Of a stretch of 32,000 nt of DNA, positions 16,304-24,164 are shown piece after piece. The notes below the pieces were generated by a model. That model worked only from the letters and a program-made list of their open reading frames with translations. It was not told the DNA's origin and did no database searches. The stretch is from positions 1,980,001-2,012,000 of the forward strand of contig NC_009664.2 in the NCBI RefSeq assembly GCF_000017305.1. The letters run 5' to 3'. Source of the stretch: Kineococcus radiotolerans SRS30216 = ATCC BAA-149 (GTDB lineage: Bacteria > Actinomycetota > Actinomycetes > Actinomycetales > Kineococcaceae). The translations under genes were made by a program, and so were the position numbers. Every line of letters begins with the position of its first letter. Position 1 is the first letter of the stretch.

Positions 16304-16744
16304 TCAGGCCGCGGTGACCGCGCCCTCGATCTCGAGCGCCTTGTCGACGTCGAGGACGAGCAGCAGCGCGTCGTCGAGCTTGTAGGCGCCGCGGATCAGT
16401 TCGCGGATCGGCCCGGACAGCGTGTCCGGCGGCGGCTCGAAGGTGGAGTCGGTGACCTCGATGACGCCCCCGATGGAGTCGACGAGCAGGCTCCACACCT
16501 CCTCGGCGGCGCGGACGACGACGTTCATCGCGACCTTGCCGTCCTCGCGGTCGGGCATGTTCAGCCGGCGGCGCAGGTCCAGCGCGGTGACGACCTGACC
16601 GCGCAGGTTGATCAGGCCGGCGACGGCCCGCGGGGCCAGCGGCGCGGGGGTCCGCGGCTGCTCGGTGAGCACTTCCTGGACCCGCCGGACCTCGACACCG
16701 AAGAGGTGCCCGGCCAGGTGGAACGTGGCGTACTGCGTGGACAC
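16304..16744 (-). CDS. cheW: Chemotaxis coupling protein CheW
   Basis: 146 aa. FHLAGHLFGVEVRRVQEV...GLINLRGQVV...LVDSIGGV...LLLVLDVDK is the typical CheW domain. GTG 16744 lies 1 nt after the cheA TGA. Confidence 0.93.
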   Translation of the reverse strand: MSTQYATFHLAGHLFGVEVRRVQEVLTEQPRTPAPLAPRAVAGLINLRGQVVTALDLRRRLNMPDREDGKVAMNVVVRAAEEVWSLLVDSIGGVIEVTDSTFEPPPDTLSGPIRELIRGAYKLDDALLLVLDVDKALEIEGAVTAA

Positions 16745-16745
16745 G

Positions 16746-19214
16746 TCAGACCCCCAGTCGCATCGAAGCTGCAGCGAGCTCGTTCTGAGCCTGCTCGGAG
16801 AAGAAGTTCGGGTCGGCGGCGAGGATCGCGGACCGGACGTCGAGGAGCTCGGTCACCCGGTCGCGGATGACCGCGGAGCCGACCAGACCGGCGTCGTCGA
16901 TGTCGCTGTGCGCGTCCTGGCCGGAGACGATGTCGACGATCTCGTCGACGACGATCGCGACGGAGCGGCCGCGGGCGGAGTACACGACACCCGGCAGGGA
17001 CGTGACCTCCTCGCCGCCGTAGGACGAGCGCGAGCCGCCACCGAGGTGGTTGGCCAGCCGGACCAGCGGCAGGATCTCGCCGCGGTAGCGGACGACCTCG
17101 CGGCGCCCGACCCGCTCGATGGAGTCGGTCTTGAACTCCTCCAGGCGGGTGACGACGTCCAGCGGGATCGCGACCCGGCGGTTCCCGCCGAGCCCGACGA
17201 CCAGCAGGCGCTGCCCGTCGCCGCTGGCGGCCTGGGCCTCGGCGGCGTCGTCGTTCACGTGCTCCAGGCCGTCGGAGCGCATGGTGCGGCGGGCCAGGGA
17301 CTGCACGTCGAGGATGAGCGAGACCCGCCCGTCGCCGAGGATCGTGGCGCCGGCGTAGGCGCCGATCGCCTTCAGCGCCCCGGAGAGCGGCTTGACGACG
17401 ATCTCCTCGGTGTCCAGGACGCGGTCGACGAGCAGGCCGAAGCGGCGCCCGTCGCACTCCAGGACGGCGATGACGAGGTTGGTGGGGAGCTCCACGTCGG
17501 CGGGGCGCTTGAGCTCCAGCGCCTCCTCGAGGCGGATCAGCGGCAGCAGCGCACCGCGCAGGCGGTACACCTTGGCGCCGCCGACGTCCTCGATGGCCTT
17601 GCTCATGCGCTCGGTGTCGAGGCTGACCAGTTCCAGCAGGTTGACCTGCGGCATGGCGTAGCGCTGGCCGGCGCACTCGACGGTCAGGGCCGGGACGATC
17701 GCCAGGGTCAGCGGGATCCGCAGCCGCCACACGGTGCCCTGGCCGACGACGGACTCGACGTCGACGGAGCCGCCGATGCGCTCGATGTTCGTCTTGACGA
17801 CGTCCATGCCGACGCCGCGGCCGGAGACGTTGGTGACCTTGGCCGCGGTGGAGAAGCCGGGCAGGAACAGGAACTGCAGGATGTCGTTGGGGGTCAGCGA
17901 CTCGAGCTTGGCCGCGGAGACCAGGCCCTTCTCGACGGCCTTGGCGCCGATGATGGTCGGGTCGATGCCCTTGCCGTCGTCGCGGATCTCGACGACGACC
18001 TGGCCGCCCTCGTGGGCCGCGCGCAGCTTCAGGGTGCCGACCTCGTTCTTGCCGGCGGCGGTGCGGACCTCGGGGGACTCGATGCCGTGGTCGACCGCGT
18101 TGCGGACGATGTGGGTCAACGGGTCCTTGACCGCCTCGAGGAGGGTGCGGTCGAGCTCGGTGTCGCCGCCCTCCATCTCGAGCTTGATCTTGCGGTTCAG
18201 CATGTTGCCGAGGTCGCGGACGACGCGGGGCAGCTTGGACCACAGGTGGTCGATGGCCTGCATGCGGGTGCGCATGACCGATTCCTGCATCTCGCTCGCG
18301 ACGAGGTTCAGGCGGTGGCAGGCGCGGGTGAGGTCCTCGTCGCGCAGGGCGCCGGCGCGCTGCAGGATCTGGTTGCGGGCGAGGACGAGCTCACCGGCCT
18401 GGCGGACCAGGGACTCCAGCAGCTCCACGTCCACGCGGATCGTCGACTCGGCCGCGGAGGCCTTCTCGGCGGGAGCACCGGGGGCGGGAGCGCCGGGGGC
18501 GGGGGCGGCGTGCGCGGCGGGCGCGGGGACGGCGACGGGCTCGGGGGCGACCTCGACGACCGGGGCGACCTCGACCGGCGCGGCGGCCTCGACGGGGGCG
18601 GGCGCGGCGACGGGCTCGGGGGCGACCTCGACGACCGGGGCGACCTCGACCGGCGCGGGGGCGGCCTCGACGACGGGCTCGGGAACGACCTCGGCGACCG
18701 GCGCGGGAGCGACCTCGACGGGCGCGGGGGCGGTCTCGGCGACCGGCGCGGGCGCCGGCGCGGCGGCCGGGGCGGGCTCGGAGACGACCTCGACGCCGGC
18801 CCCGTCGGACGCCGGCAGGACCGGCACCTCGCCGTCGAGCACGGCGCGGATGGCCGCGACGACCGCGGCGACCTCGACACCGTCCTCGGTGTGCGACTCC
18901 TCGATCTTCGTCAGCAGCAGGCGGATGGTGTCGACCATGCGCAGCAGGACGTCGGTGGTGACCGGCGTCATGACGAGCTGGCCGTCGCGCAGCCGGGCCA
19001 GCAGGTTCTCACCGACGTGGGCCACGGCCTCGAGGCGGGAGAACGCCAGGAAGCCGGAGGTGCCCTTGATCGTGTGGATGGTGCGGAACACGCTCGCGAG
19101 CAGCTCGCGGGAGCCGGGCTGCTGCTCCAGCGCGACGAGGTCGGAGTCCAGCTGGTCCAGGTTCTCGTAGCTCTCGACGAGGAACTCCTGGACGATCTCG
19201 TCCATGTCGTCCAC
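16746..19214 (-). CDS. cheA: Chemotaxis histidine kinase CheA (P1 / repeat linker / P3 / P4 / P5 / extra CheW-like domain)
   Basis: P1 Hpt motif FRTIHTIKGTSGF. P3 is STIRVDVELLESLV. P4 is HIVRNAVDHGIE, DDGKGI, GRGVGMDVV. Two consecutive CheW-like regions follow. Start is GTG 19214 (5 nt after GGGAG), ATG 19205 or GTG 19226. Confidence 0.93.
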   Translation of the reverse strand: MDDMDEIVQEFLVESYENLDQLDSDLVALEQQPGSRELLASVFRTIHTIKGTSGFLAFSRLEAVAHVGENLLARLRDGQLVMTPVTTDVLLRMVDTIRLLLTKIEESHTEDGVEVAAVVAAIRAVLDGEVPVLPASDGAGVEVVSEPAPAAAPAPAPVAETAPAPVEVAPAPVAEVVPEPVVEAAPAPVEVAPVVEVAPEPVAAPAPVEAAAPVEVAPVVEVAPEPVAVPAPAAHAAPAPGAPAPGAPAEKASAAESTIRVDVELLESLVRQAGELVLARNQILQRAGALRDEDLTRACHRLNLVASEMQESVMRTRMQAIDHLWSKLPRVVRDLGNMLNRKIKLEMEGGDTELDRTLLEAVKDPLTHIVRNAVDHGIESPEVRTAAGKNEVGTLKLRAAHEGGQVVVEIRDDGKGIDPTIIGAKAVEKGLVSAAKLESLTPNDILQFLFLPGFSTAAKVTNVSGRGVGMDVVKTNIERIGGSVDVESVVGQGTVWRLRIPLTLAIVPALTVECAGQRYAMPQVNLLELVSLDTERMSKAIEDVGGAKVYRLRGALLPLIRLEEALELKRPADVELPTNLVIAVLECDGRRFGLLVDRVLDTEEIVVKPLSGALKAIGAYAGATILGDGRVSLILDVQSLARRTMRSDGLEHVNDDAAEAQAASGDGQRLLVVGLGGNRRVAIPLDVVTRLEEFKTDSIERVGRREVVRYRGEILPLVRLANHLGGGSRSSYGGEEVTSLPGVVYSARGRSVAIVVDEIVDIVSGQDAHSDIDDAGLVGSAVIRDRVTELLDVRSAILAADPNFFSEQAQNELAAASMRLGV
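18531..18680 (-). repeat. 75-bp tandem duplication inside the CheA P1-P3 linker
   Basis: A 53-bp string (ggcgacgggctcgggggcgacctcgacgaccggggcgacctcgaccggcgcgg) occurs identically at 18531 and 18606. It encodes PVEVAPVVEVAPEPVA twice, with a 25-aa period. Confidence 0.8.
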
Positions 19215-19283
19215 GTGGACTCCCACTTCTCGCGTCGGGGGCGGCCCCGGGCGGGACCACTGTGCGTCTCTTGCTCTCCGTGC

Positions 19284-19310
19284 TCATCGGCACCGGGGCG
19301 GCAAAGCTGA
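19284..19310 (-). promoter_or_regulatory. Putative sigma-28 (FliA/WhiG)-type promoter of cheA-cheW
   Basis: Minus strand reads TTTCAG-N15-GCCGATGA (-10 matches GCCGATAA in 7/8 positions), about 70 nt upstream of the cheA start and downstream of the cvnD hairpin. Confidence 0.4.
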
Positions 19311-19342
19311 AACGCCCGGGCCGGCGGGCCGCGGGCCGGACG

Positions 19343-19384
19343 CGCGAGAGGCCGGCCCCCCGGGTGGGGGACCGGCCTCTCGCG
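19343..19384 (-). terminator. Long hairpin immediately after cvnD
   Basis: CGCGAGAGGCCGG (19343-19355) pairs with CCGGCCTCTCGCG (19372-19384). An inner CCCCC/GGGGG stem lies between them. It starts 13 nt after the cvnD stop. Confidence 0.55.
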
Positions 19385-19396
19385 GGTCGGGCGGCG

Positions 19397-20029
19397 TCAG
19401 ACGCCGGTGTTGAGGCGGGCGAGCGCCGTCTGCACGAGCGTGATGAGGCTGTGCTTGGTCGCGGCCTTGCTGCGCGCGTCGGTGTAGACGAGCGGGACGT
19501 TGTCGGGGACGCCGAGGGCCTCGCGCACGGAGTCGAGGTCGTGCTGGGCGACGCCGTCGAAGCAGTTGACCGCGACGACGAACGGGATCCCGCGGGACTC
19601 GAAGTAGTCGACGGCCGGGAAGCACTGGTCGAGGCGGTCGGTGTCGACGAGGACGACGGCACCGATGGCGCCCTTGACCAGGTCGTCCCACATGAAGAGG
19701 AAGCGGTCCTGGCCGGGGGTGCCGAAGAGGTACAGCCACAGGTTGCCCGGCAGGGCGATGCGGCCGAAGTCCATGGCGACGGTGGTCGAGGTCTTGCGGT
19801 CGGAGTTCAGGCCCGCGTCGTCGACCCCGACCGAGTGCTCGGTCATGGCGGCTTCGGTGCGCAGCGGCTCGATGTCGGAGATCGAGCCGATGAAGGTCGT
19901 CTTGCCGACGGCGAACCCGCCGGCGACGACGATCTTGACGACGGTGGGCGGTGCCTGAGGAGCCGTTCCGGCGGGCGCTCCGGCTCCGGCGGGGCTGACG
20001 TCAGAGCGAGGAAATGCCATTGAGAACAC
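19397..20029 (-). CDS. cvnD: Conservon small GTPase (CvnD-type, MglA/Ras-like ATP/GTP-binding protein)
   Basis: P-loop GGFAVGKTT, TTVAMDFGRI, LFGTPGQDRF, VLVDTDRL and VAVNCFDG match the CvnD family pattern. Start is GTG 20029 or ATG 20020; it overlaps the cvnC 3' end. Confidence 0.85.
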   Translation of the reverse strand: MFSMAFPRSDVSPAGAGAPAGTAPQAPPTVVKIVVAGGFAVGKTTFIGSISDIEPLRTEAAMTEHSVGVDDAGLNSDRKTSTTVAMDFGRIALPGNLWLYLFGTPGQDRFLFMWDDLVKGAIGAVVLVDTDRLDQCFPAVDYFESRGIPFVVAVNCFDGVAQHDLDSVREALGVPDNVPLVYTDARSKAATKHSLITLVQTALARLNTGV

Positions 20030-20396
20030 TCTCCAGGACGCTGATGGTGGTCGCGGGTTGGGGGGCGGAGGTCATCGTGAGGCCGTGGACGCGGACCTTC
20101 CCCGAGGAGGAGAGGTCGCTCACCACGACACGCACGACTCCGACCGGCAGGTGGACGTGCGCGGACAGTTCCGCGATCGACAGGTAGGACTTCTTGGTGA
20201 GTTCGAGGATCTTGCGCCGTTCCGGGGTCATCCCGACGTCCGGTTCGGCCAGGGCCTCCACGAGCGCCTCGACCGGGAGCTCGACCCCGCTGGCGCGGGT
20301 CCGGCCACCGGTGACGGTGTACGGGCGGACGGTGAACTCCTCGACGTCCTGGTCGTCGTCGTCGGACCAGAGGTCCGCGCTACCAGGTGCTGTCAC
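20001..20396 (-). CDS. cvnC: Conservon DUF742 protein (CvnC-type)
   Basis: VRPYTVTGGRTR...LPVEALV...TPERRKILEL...LSIAELSAHVHLPVGVVRVVVSDL is the typical DUF742 signature. Confidence 0.85.
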   Translation of the reverse strand: MTAPGSADLWSDDDDQDVEEFTVRPYTVTGGRTRASGVELPVEALVEALAEPDVGMTPERRKILELTKKSYLSIAELSAHVHLPVGVVRVVVSDLSSSGKVRVHGLTMTSAPQPATTISVLESVLNGISSL

Positions 20397-20402
20397 GTCG
20401 CG

Positions 20403-20849
20403 TCACCACCGGGAGGCGACCGGCGCGGAGGTGGGCAGGTTCGCCCGCATCTCCGACACCAGCTGCGGGGTCAGGACGGTCTCGGCGCGCTGGACCAGCA
20501 TCGCCATCTCGTAGCCGATGAGCCCGACGTCGCAGCCGGCCTCGGCGGAGACGGCCAGGACCGACCCGTCGGAGATGTTGACCAGGAAGAAGAACGAGTC
20601 GTCCATCTCGATGATGGCCTGGCGCACCTCCCCGGAGTCCAGCTGGCGGGCGGCGCCGCGGGCCAGGCTCGAGACGCCCGAGACGATCGCGGCGAGCTGG
20701 TCGCCGGACTCCCGGTCGAGCTTGTCGGACATGGCCATCAGGAGACCGTCGGCGGAGACGACGACGGTGTGGGTGACGCCGGGGACGCTCTTGACGAAGT
20801 TGTCGAGGAGCCAGCTGAAGTCGGCGGCCTCGGAGCTGAGCACGGTCAC
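20403..20849 (-). CDS. cvnB: Conservon Roadblock/LC7 (MglB-like) protein (CvnB-type)
   Basis: FSWLLDNFVKSVPGVTHTVVVSADGLLMA...DQLAAIVSGVSSLARGAA...VRQAIIEMDD...VLAVSAEAGCDVGLIGYEMAMLV is the typical Roadblock/LC7 pattern. Confidence 0.88.
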   Translation of the reverse strand: MTVLSSEAADFSWLLDNFVKSVPGVTHTVVVSADGLLMAMSDKLDRESGDQLAAIVSGVSSLARGAARQLDSGEVRQAIIEMDDSFFFLVNISDGSVLAVSAEAGCDVGLIGYEMAMLVQRAETVLTPQLVSEMRANLPTSAPVASRW

Positions 20850-20936
20850 AGTGGTGTTCCTCTTCCATGGCGGGGCGGTCGGGTCGGCTGTTGGTCGGGG
20901 TGGGGCGGGACCCGGAGGAGGTTCCGGGGGTTCGGG

Positions 20937-23900
20937 TCAGGCGTCGCCATCAGCACCGCTCCCGGTGGGGGCGTCGCCCTCGGTGCGGCCGCGGGACACG
21001 CCGGCCTGGAAGCCGGACAGCATCGAGCGGACGTCGGCGGGGGCGCGGCGCTGGCGGTTGGCCGCGGTCGAGCGGACCGGGGCGGGCTTGGCCGCGGCCG
21101 CCGTGGCACCCGCCTGGCGGCGGATCAGCGGCGCGGACCCGGTGCCCCGGGCGGGGGTGAAGTTCTGGCCCTCGGTGAGGGCGCTGAGGGCGTCCGCGGC
21201 CAGCGCGCTGCGCTGGCGCAGGGCCTCCCCGACAGTGCGGGTCTGGGCGGGCACCTCGACGACCGGGGCCGGGGCCTCGGGGGCGGGGGCCGGGACCTCC
21301 GCGGCCGGGGCCGGAGCCGCGGCGACGGGCGCCTCGACGACCGGGACCTCGACCGCGGGGACCTCGACGACCGGGACCTGCGGGGCCCGGGCGACCGGGG
21401 CCTGGACCACGGGGACCTCGACGACCGGGACCACGGGGGTCTCGGCCACCGGGACCTCGGCCACGGGGGCCTCGGCCGCGGGGACCTCGGCGACCGGGCC
21501 CTGCCGGCCGGCGCGGCCGGCCTCGAGCGCGTCCAGCGCCGAGCCCTCGACGGTCGCCGGCTCCTCCCGCTTGCTGCGGGAGGTCCAGAACGCCTCGGCG
21601 GCGGTCTTGGGCGGGGACACCGTGTCGCGGACCTGGCGGGGCTTCTTGCCGGCGCGCGGCAGGATGTCCTGCGCCGCGGCCAGGGCCGTGGGGGCCTCGA
21701 CCTTGCGCTCGCGCTTGGGCATCGCCGAGGTGGCGGTGGCCGGCGCGGTCACCGGCTTCCAGTCCTCCTCGGCCGCGGGAGCCGCGGCCGGGGCCGGAGC
21801 CGGCGCCGGGGCGGAGGCGTCGACCTTGGCCTGCGCCTGAGCGGTGCGGCGACGGGTCGGCAACTGCCGGCCCTCCACCTTCGCCGTGGGCGAGGAGGCG
21901 TTGACCTCCGAGCTCGCCGCCGCCTGGGCCGCGGACTCCTGCAGCGTCGCCGACAGCGCGTCGCCCAGGCCCGCGGCCGCCAGCGGGTTGCTGACGATCG
22001 TGCTGGCCCCGGGGGCCGGGGTGCGGGTGGGCAGGGCGGCGGGGGCCTGCGGCGCGGCGGACGGGGCGGCGTCCTCGGGCAGGGCCGAGACGGGGCCGTC
22101 CAGGGCGGGCAGACCGCTGTCGAGGGCCGCGAGCTCCGGCTCACCGGCCTTGACCGAACCCGGGGTGAACAGCGCCGCGGGCAGGACGAGGGTGACGGTG
22201 GTGCCGACGCCCTCGGCGGTGTCGAAGTGGACGTCGACGTCGAGGCGGCCGGCGAGGCGGCCGACGACGTAGAACCCGAGGCGCTGGGCGCCGACGAACT
22301 CCGAGGCGCGGCCGCCGGAGATGCGCTGGTGGGCCGCCTCGACCTCCTCGGCGTTCATGCCGAGGCCGGTGTCGCGGATCGTGACCTCGACGCCGCGGTC
22401 GGTCTCGGCGGTGCCGACGACGACGCGGGTGCCGGGGTCGGAGAAGTTCGTCGCGTTCTCGAGGAGCTCGGCGATCATGTGCGAGGCCGACAGGGCGAGG
22501 TGGCCCACGACGGGCGGGTCGGCCTGGAGGGCGAGGTCCACGCGGTCGTAGTGCTCGATCTCCCCGGCCGCGGTGCGGACGACGTCCGACAGCGGCAGCG
22601 GGCGGCGCAGGCGGCGGCCGGTGTTGATGCCGGCCAGGACGAGCAGGGACTCGGCGTTGCGCCGCATCCGGGTCGCGAGGTGGTCGAGGGTGAAGAGGTC
22701 CTCGAGGGTGTCGGGGTTCTCCTCGGTGCGCTCCAGCTGGTCCAGGAAGGCCAGCTGGCGGGCCAGCAGGGTCTGGTCGCGGCGGGCGACGTTGACGAAC
22801 ATCTCGGCGATCGAGGCGCGCAGGGCGGCCTGCTCGCCGGCGATGCGGAAGGTCGTCTCGTTGAGGTCGTTGATGACGTGGGCGACCTCACCGATCTCGT
22901 CGGTGCTCGTGACCTCCAGGGGGCTGAACTCCACCCCGGGGCCCTCGCCGGGGGTCTGCATGCGCTCGACCATGCGGGGCAGCTCGTCGCGGACCGCGGT
23001 GGCGGCGTCGGCGAGGGCGCGCAGGCGGCGGCCGATGTCGCGGGCCACGCGCAGGCCGAAGAGGGTGACGGCGGCGAAGAGGACGAGGGTCCCGACCAGC
23101 AGGGCCAGCGTGCCGGCGAGGGCGCGGGTCGAGGCGGCGTCGGCGCGCTCGGCCACGGTCCCGGCGATCTCGTTGGCGGCGTCCCGGTAGACGGCGATGA
23201 CCTCGTCGGTGGTCTCCTCCCAGCCCTCCTCGGGCAGGGTGGGGACACCGGTGGCGGCGGCGAAGATGTTGCGGTCCTGGGTGAGGAACGCCAGCGACTG
23301 GGTGGCCTGGGAGGCGTTGAGCGCACCGTCGAGGAGCGCGGTGGCGTCGTCGTGGAGGCGGTGGCGGGCCTGCTGCTCGAAGTAGTTCCCCTGCTCGATG
23401 GCGTTGCCGCGCAGGTCGCTCACCGCGGTGTTGCCGTCGCCCTGGACGATGAGGTCGCCGGCGGCCTGCTCGATCGAGAGGGCGTCGACGCGCTTGAGCA
23501 GGTACCCGAAGGCGGCGACGTCGTCGGCCAGCTCGCGGTCGTCGGCCTGCTCGGCGACGGTCACAGTGAGGTCGGTGGCGGCGGAGGACACGGCGCTGTA
23601 GCTGTTCAGCGCCGCGAGCGGGGAGGTGGTGCCGTTGTCGACGGCGGTGCGCGTCTGCGGGAGGGTCTGCCCGAGGGCCCGCTGCACGCTCGCGTAGACG
23701 GAGGCGCTGGAGCCCTCGCTCAGGTCGAGGCCGCTGTCGGCGATGGCCCCGGTCACCGCGGCGATCGCCGCGTCGGTGGCGGCGCGGTCGGCGACGACCT
23801 CCGCCTTCCCCTCCTCGCTCGGGGCGGGCAGGTACTCCAGGGTGCTGCGACGCTCGGTCTGCAGGGCCGTGAAGAAGTCGTTGATCGTCTGCGCGGACTT

Positions 23901-24041
23901 CGCGTAGGCGGCCAGGTGGCGGCGCTCCGTGGTGGACGCCACGTTCTGCGCCGCCGTCGCGATGACGGCGACGAGCAGCAGCACGAGGGGTACCACCAGG
24001 AGGACCGCGAGCTTCGCTCGGATGCTCAGGTTCCGCAGCAT
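20937..24041 (-). CDS. cvnA: Conservon sensor-kinase-like membrane protein (CvnA-type: TM / NIT-like / TM / HAMP / HATPase_c / long disordered tail)
   Basis: ATG 24041 lies 5 nt after GGAAGG. N-terminal helix LRNLSIRAKLAVLLVVPLVLLLV, a periplasmic NIT-like region, a second TM and HAMP. ATPase boxes AELLENATNFS, RDTGLGM, GFYVV. The tail is a 409-aa Ala/Pro/Val/Glu-rich region. The upstream 452 codons of ORF 20937..25397 were discarded. Confidence 0.85.
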   Translation of the reverse strand: MLRNLSIRAKLAVLLVVPLVLLLVAVIATAAQNVASTTERRHLAAYAKSAQTINDFFTALQTERRSTLEYLPAPSEEGKAEVVADRAATDAAIAAVTGAIADSGLDLSEGSSASVYASVQRALGQTLPQTRTAVDNGTTSPLAALNSYSAVSSAATDLTVTVAEQADDRELADDVAAFGYLLKRVDALSIEQAAGDLIVQGDGNTAVSDLRGNAIEQGNYFEQQARHRLHDDATALLDGALNASQATQSLAFLTQDRNIFAAATGVPTLPEEGWEETTDEVIAVYRDAANEIAGTVAERADAASTRALAGTLALLVGTLVLFAAVTLFGLRVARDIGRRLRALADAATAVRDELPRMVERMQTPGEGPGVEFSPLEVTSTDEIGEVAHVINDLNETTFRIAGEQAALRASIAEMFVNVARRDQTLLARQLAFLDQLERTEENPDTLEDLFTLDHLATRMRRNAESLLVLAGINTGRRLRRPLPLSDVVRTAAGEIEHYDRVDLALQADPPVVGHLALSASHMIAELLENATNFSDPGTRVVVGTAETDRGVEVTIRDTGLGMNAEEVEAAHQRISGGRASEFVGAQRLGFYVVGRLAGRLDVDVHFDTAEGVGTTVTLVLPAALFTPGSVKAGEPELAALDSGLPALDGPVSALPEDAAPSAAPQAPAALPTRTPAPGASTIVSNPLAAAGLGDALSATLQESAAQAAASSEVNASSPTAKVEGRQLPTRRRTAQAQAKVDASAPAPAPAPAAAPAAEEDWKPVTAPATATSAMPKRERKVEAPTALAAAQDILPRAGKKPRQVRDTVSPPKTAAEAFWTSRSKREEPATVEGSALDALEAGRAGRQGPVAEVPAAEAPVAEVPVAETPVVPVVEVPVVQAPVARAPQVPVVEVPAVEVPVVEAPVAAAPAPAAEVPAPAPEAPAPVVEVPAQTRTVGEALRQRSALAADALSALTEGQNFTPARGTGSAPLIRRQAGATAAAAKPAPVRSTAANRQRRAPADVRSMLSGFQAGVSRGRTEGDAPTGSGADGDA

Positions 24042-24164
24042 GTCAACCTTCCGTACGCGATGGTGGGCGGGCGAGTACCGCCCACCGGGGTCGAGCAGAC
24101 TCAGAGGTGATCGGGACGCGGACCGGCGGGGTGAACCCCCGGGGGCCGACAACCCTCGTTCGGC

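Noticed and set aside
16608-19310. 900-aa + strand ORF (and the 543-aa minus-strand ORF 16612..18243) over cheA/cheW
   Set aside because: They are antisense or out of frame to an unmistakable CheA/CheW. The composition is dominated by G, D, R and A, with no domain motifs.
19227-19396. The conservon and cheA-cheW as one continuous operon
   Set aside because: The 170-bp spacer contains a 13-bp-stem hairpin directly after cvnD and then its own sigma-28-like motif. Adjacent co-regulated units fit better than a single transcript, although read-through cannot be excluded.
20058-24110. 1350-aa + strand ORF covering the whole conservon
   Set aside because: It is antisense to four genes with strong family signatures. 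The translation is low-complexity G/R/A/D.
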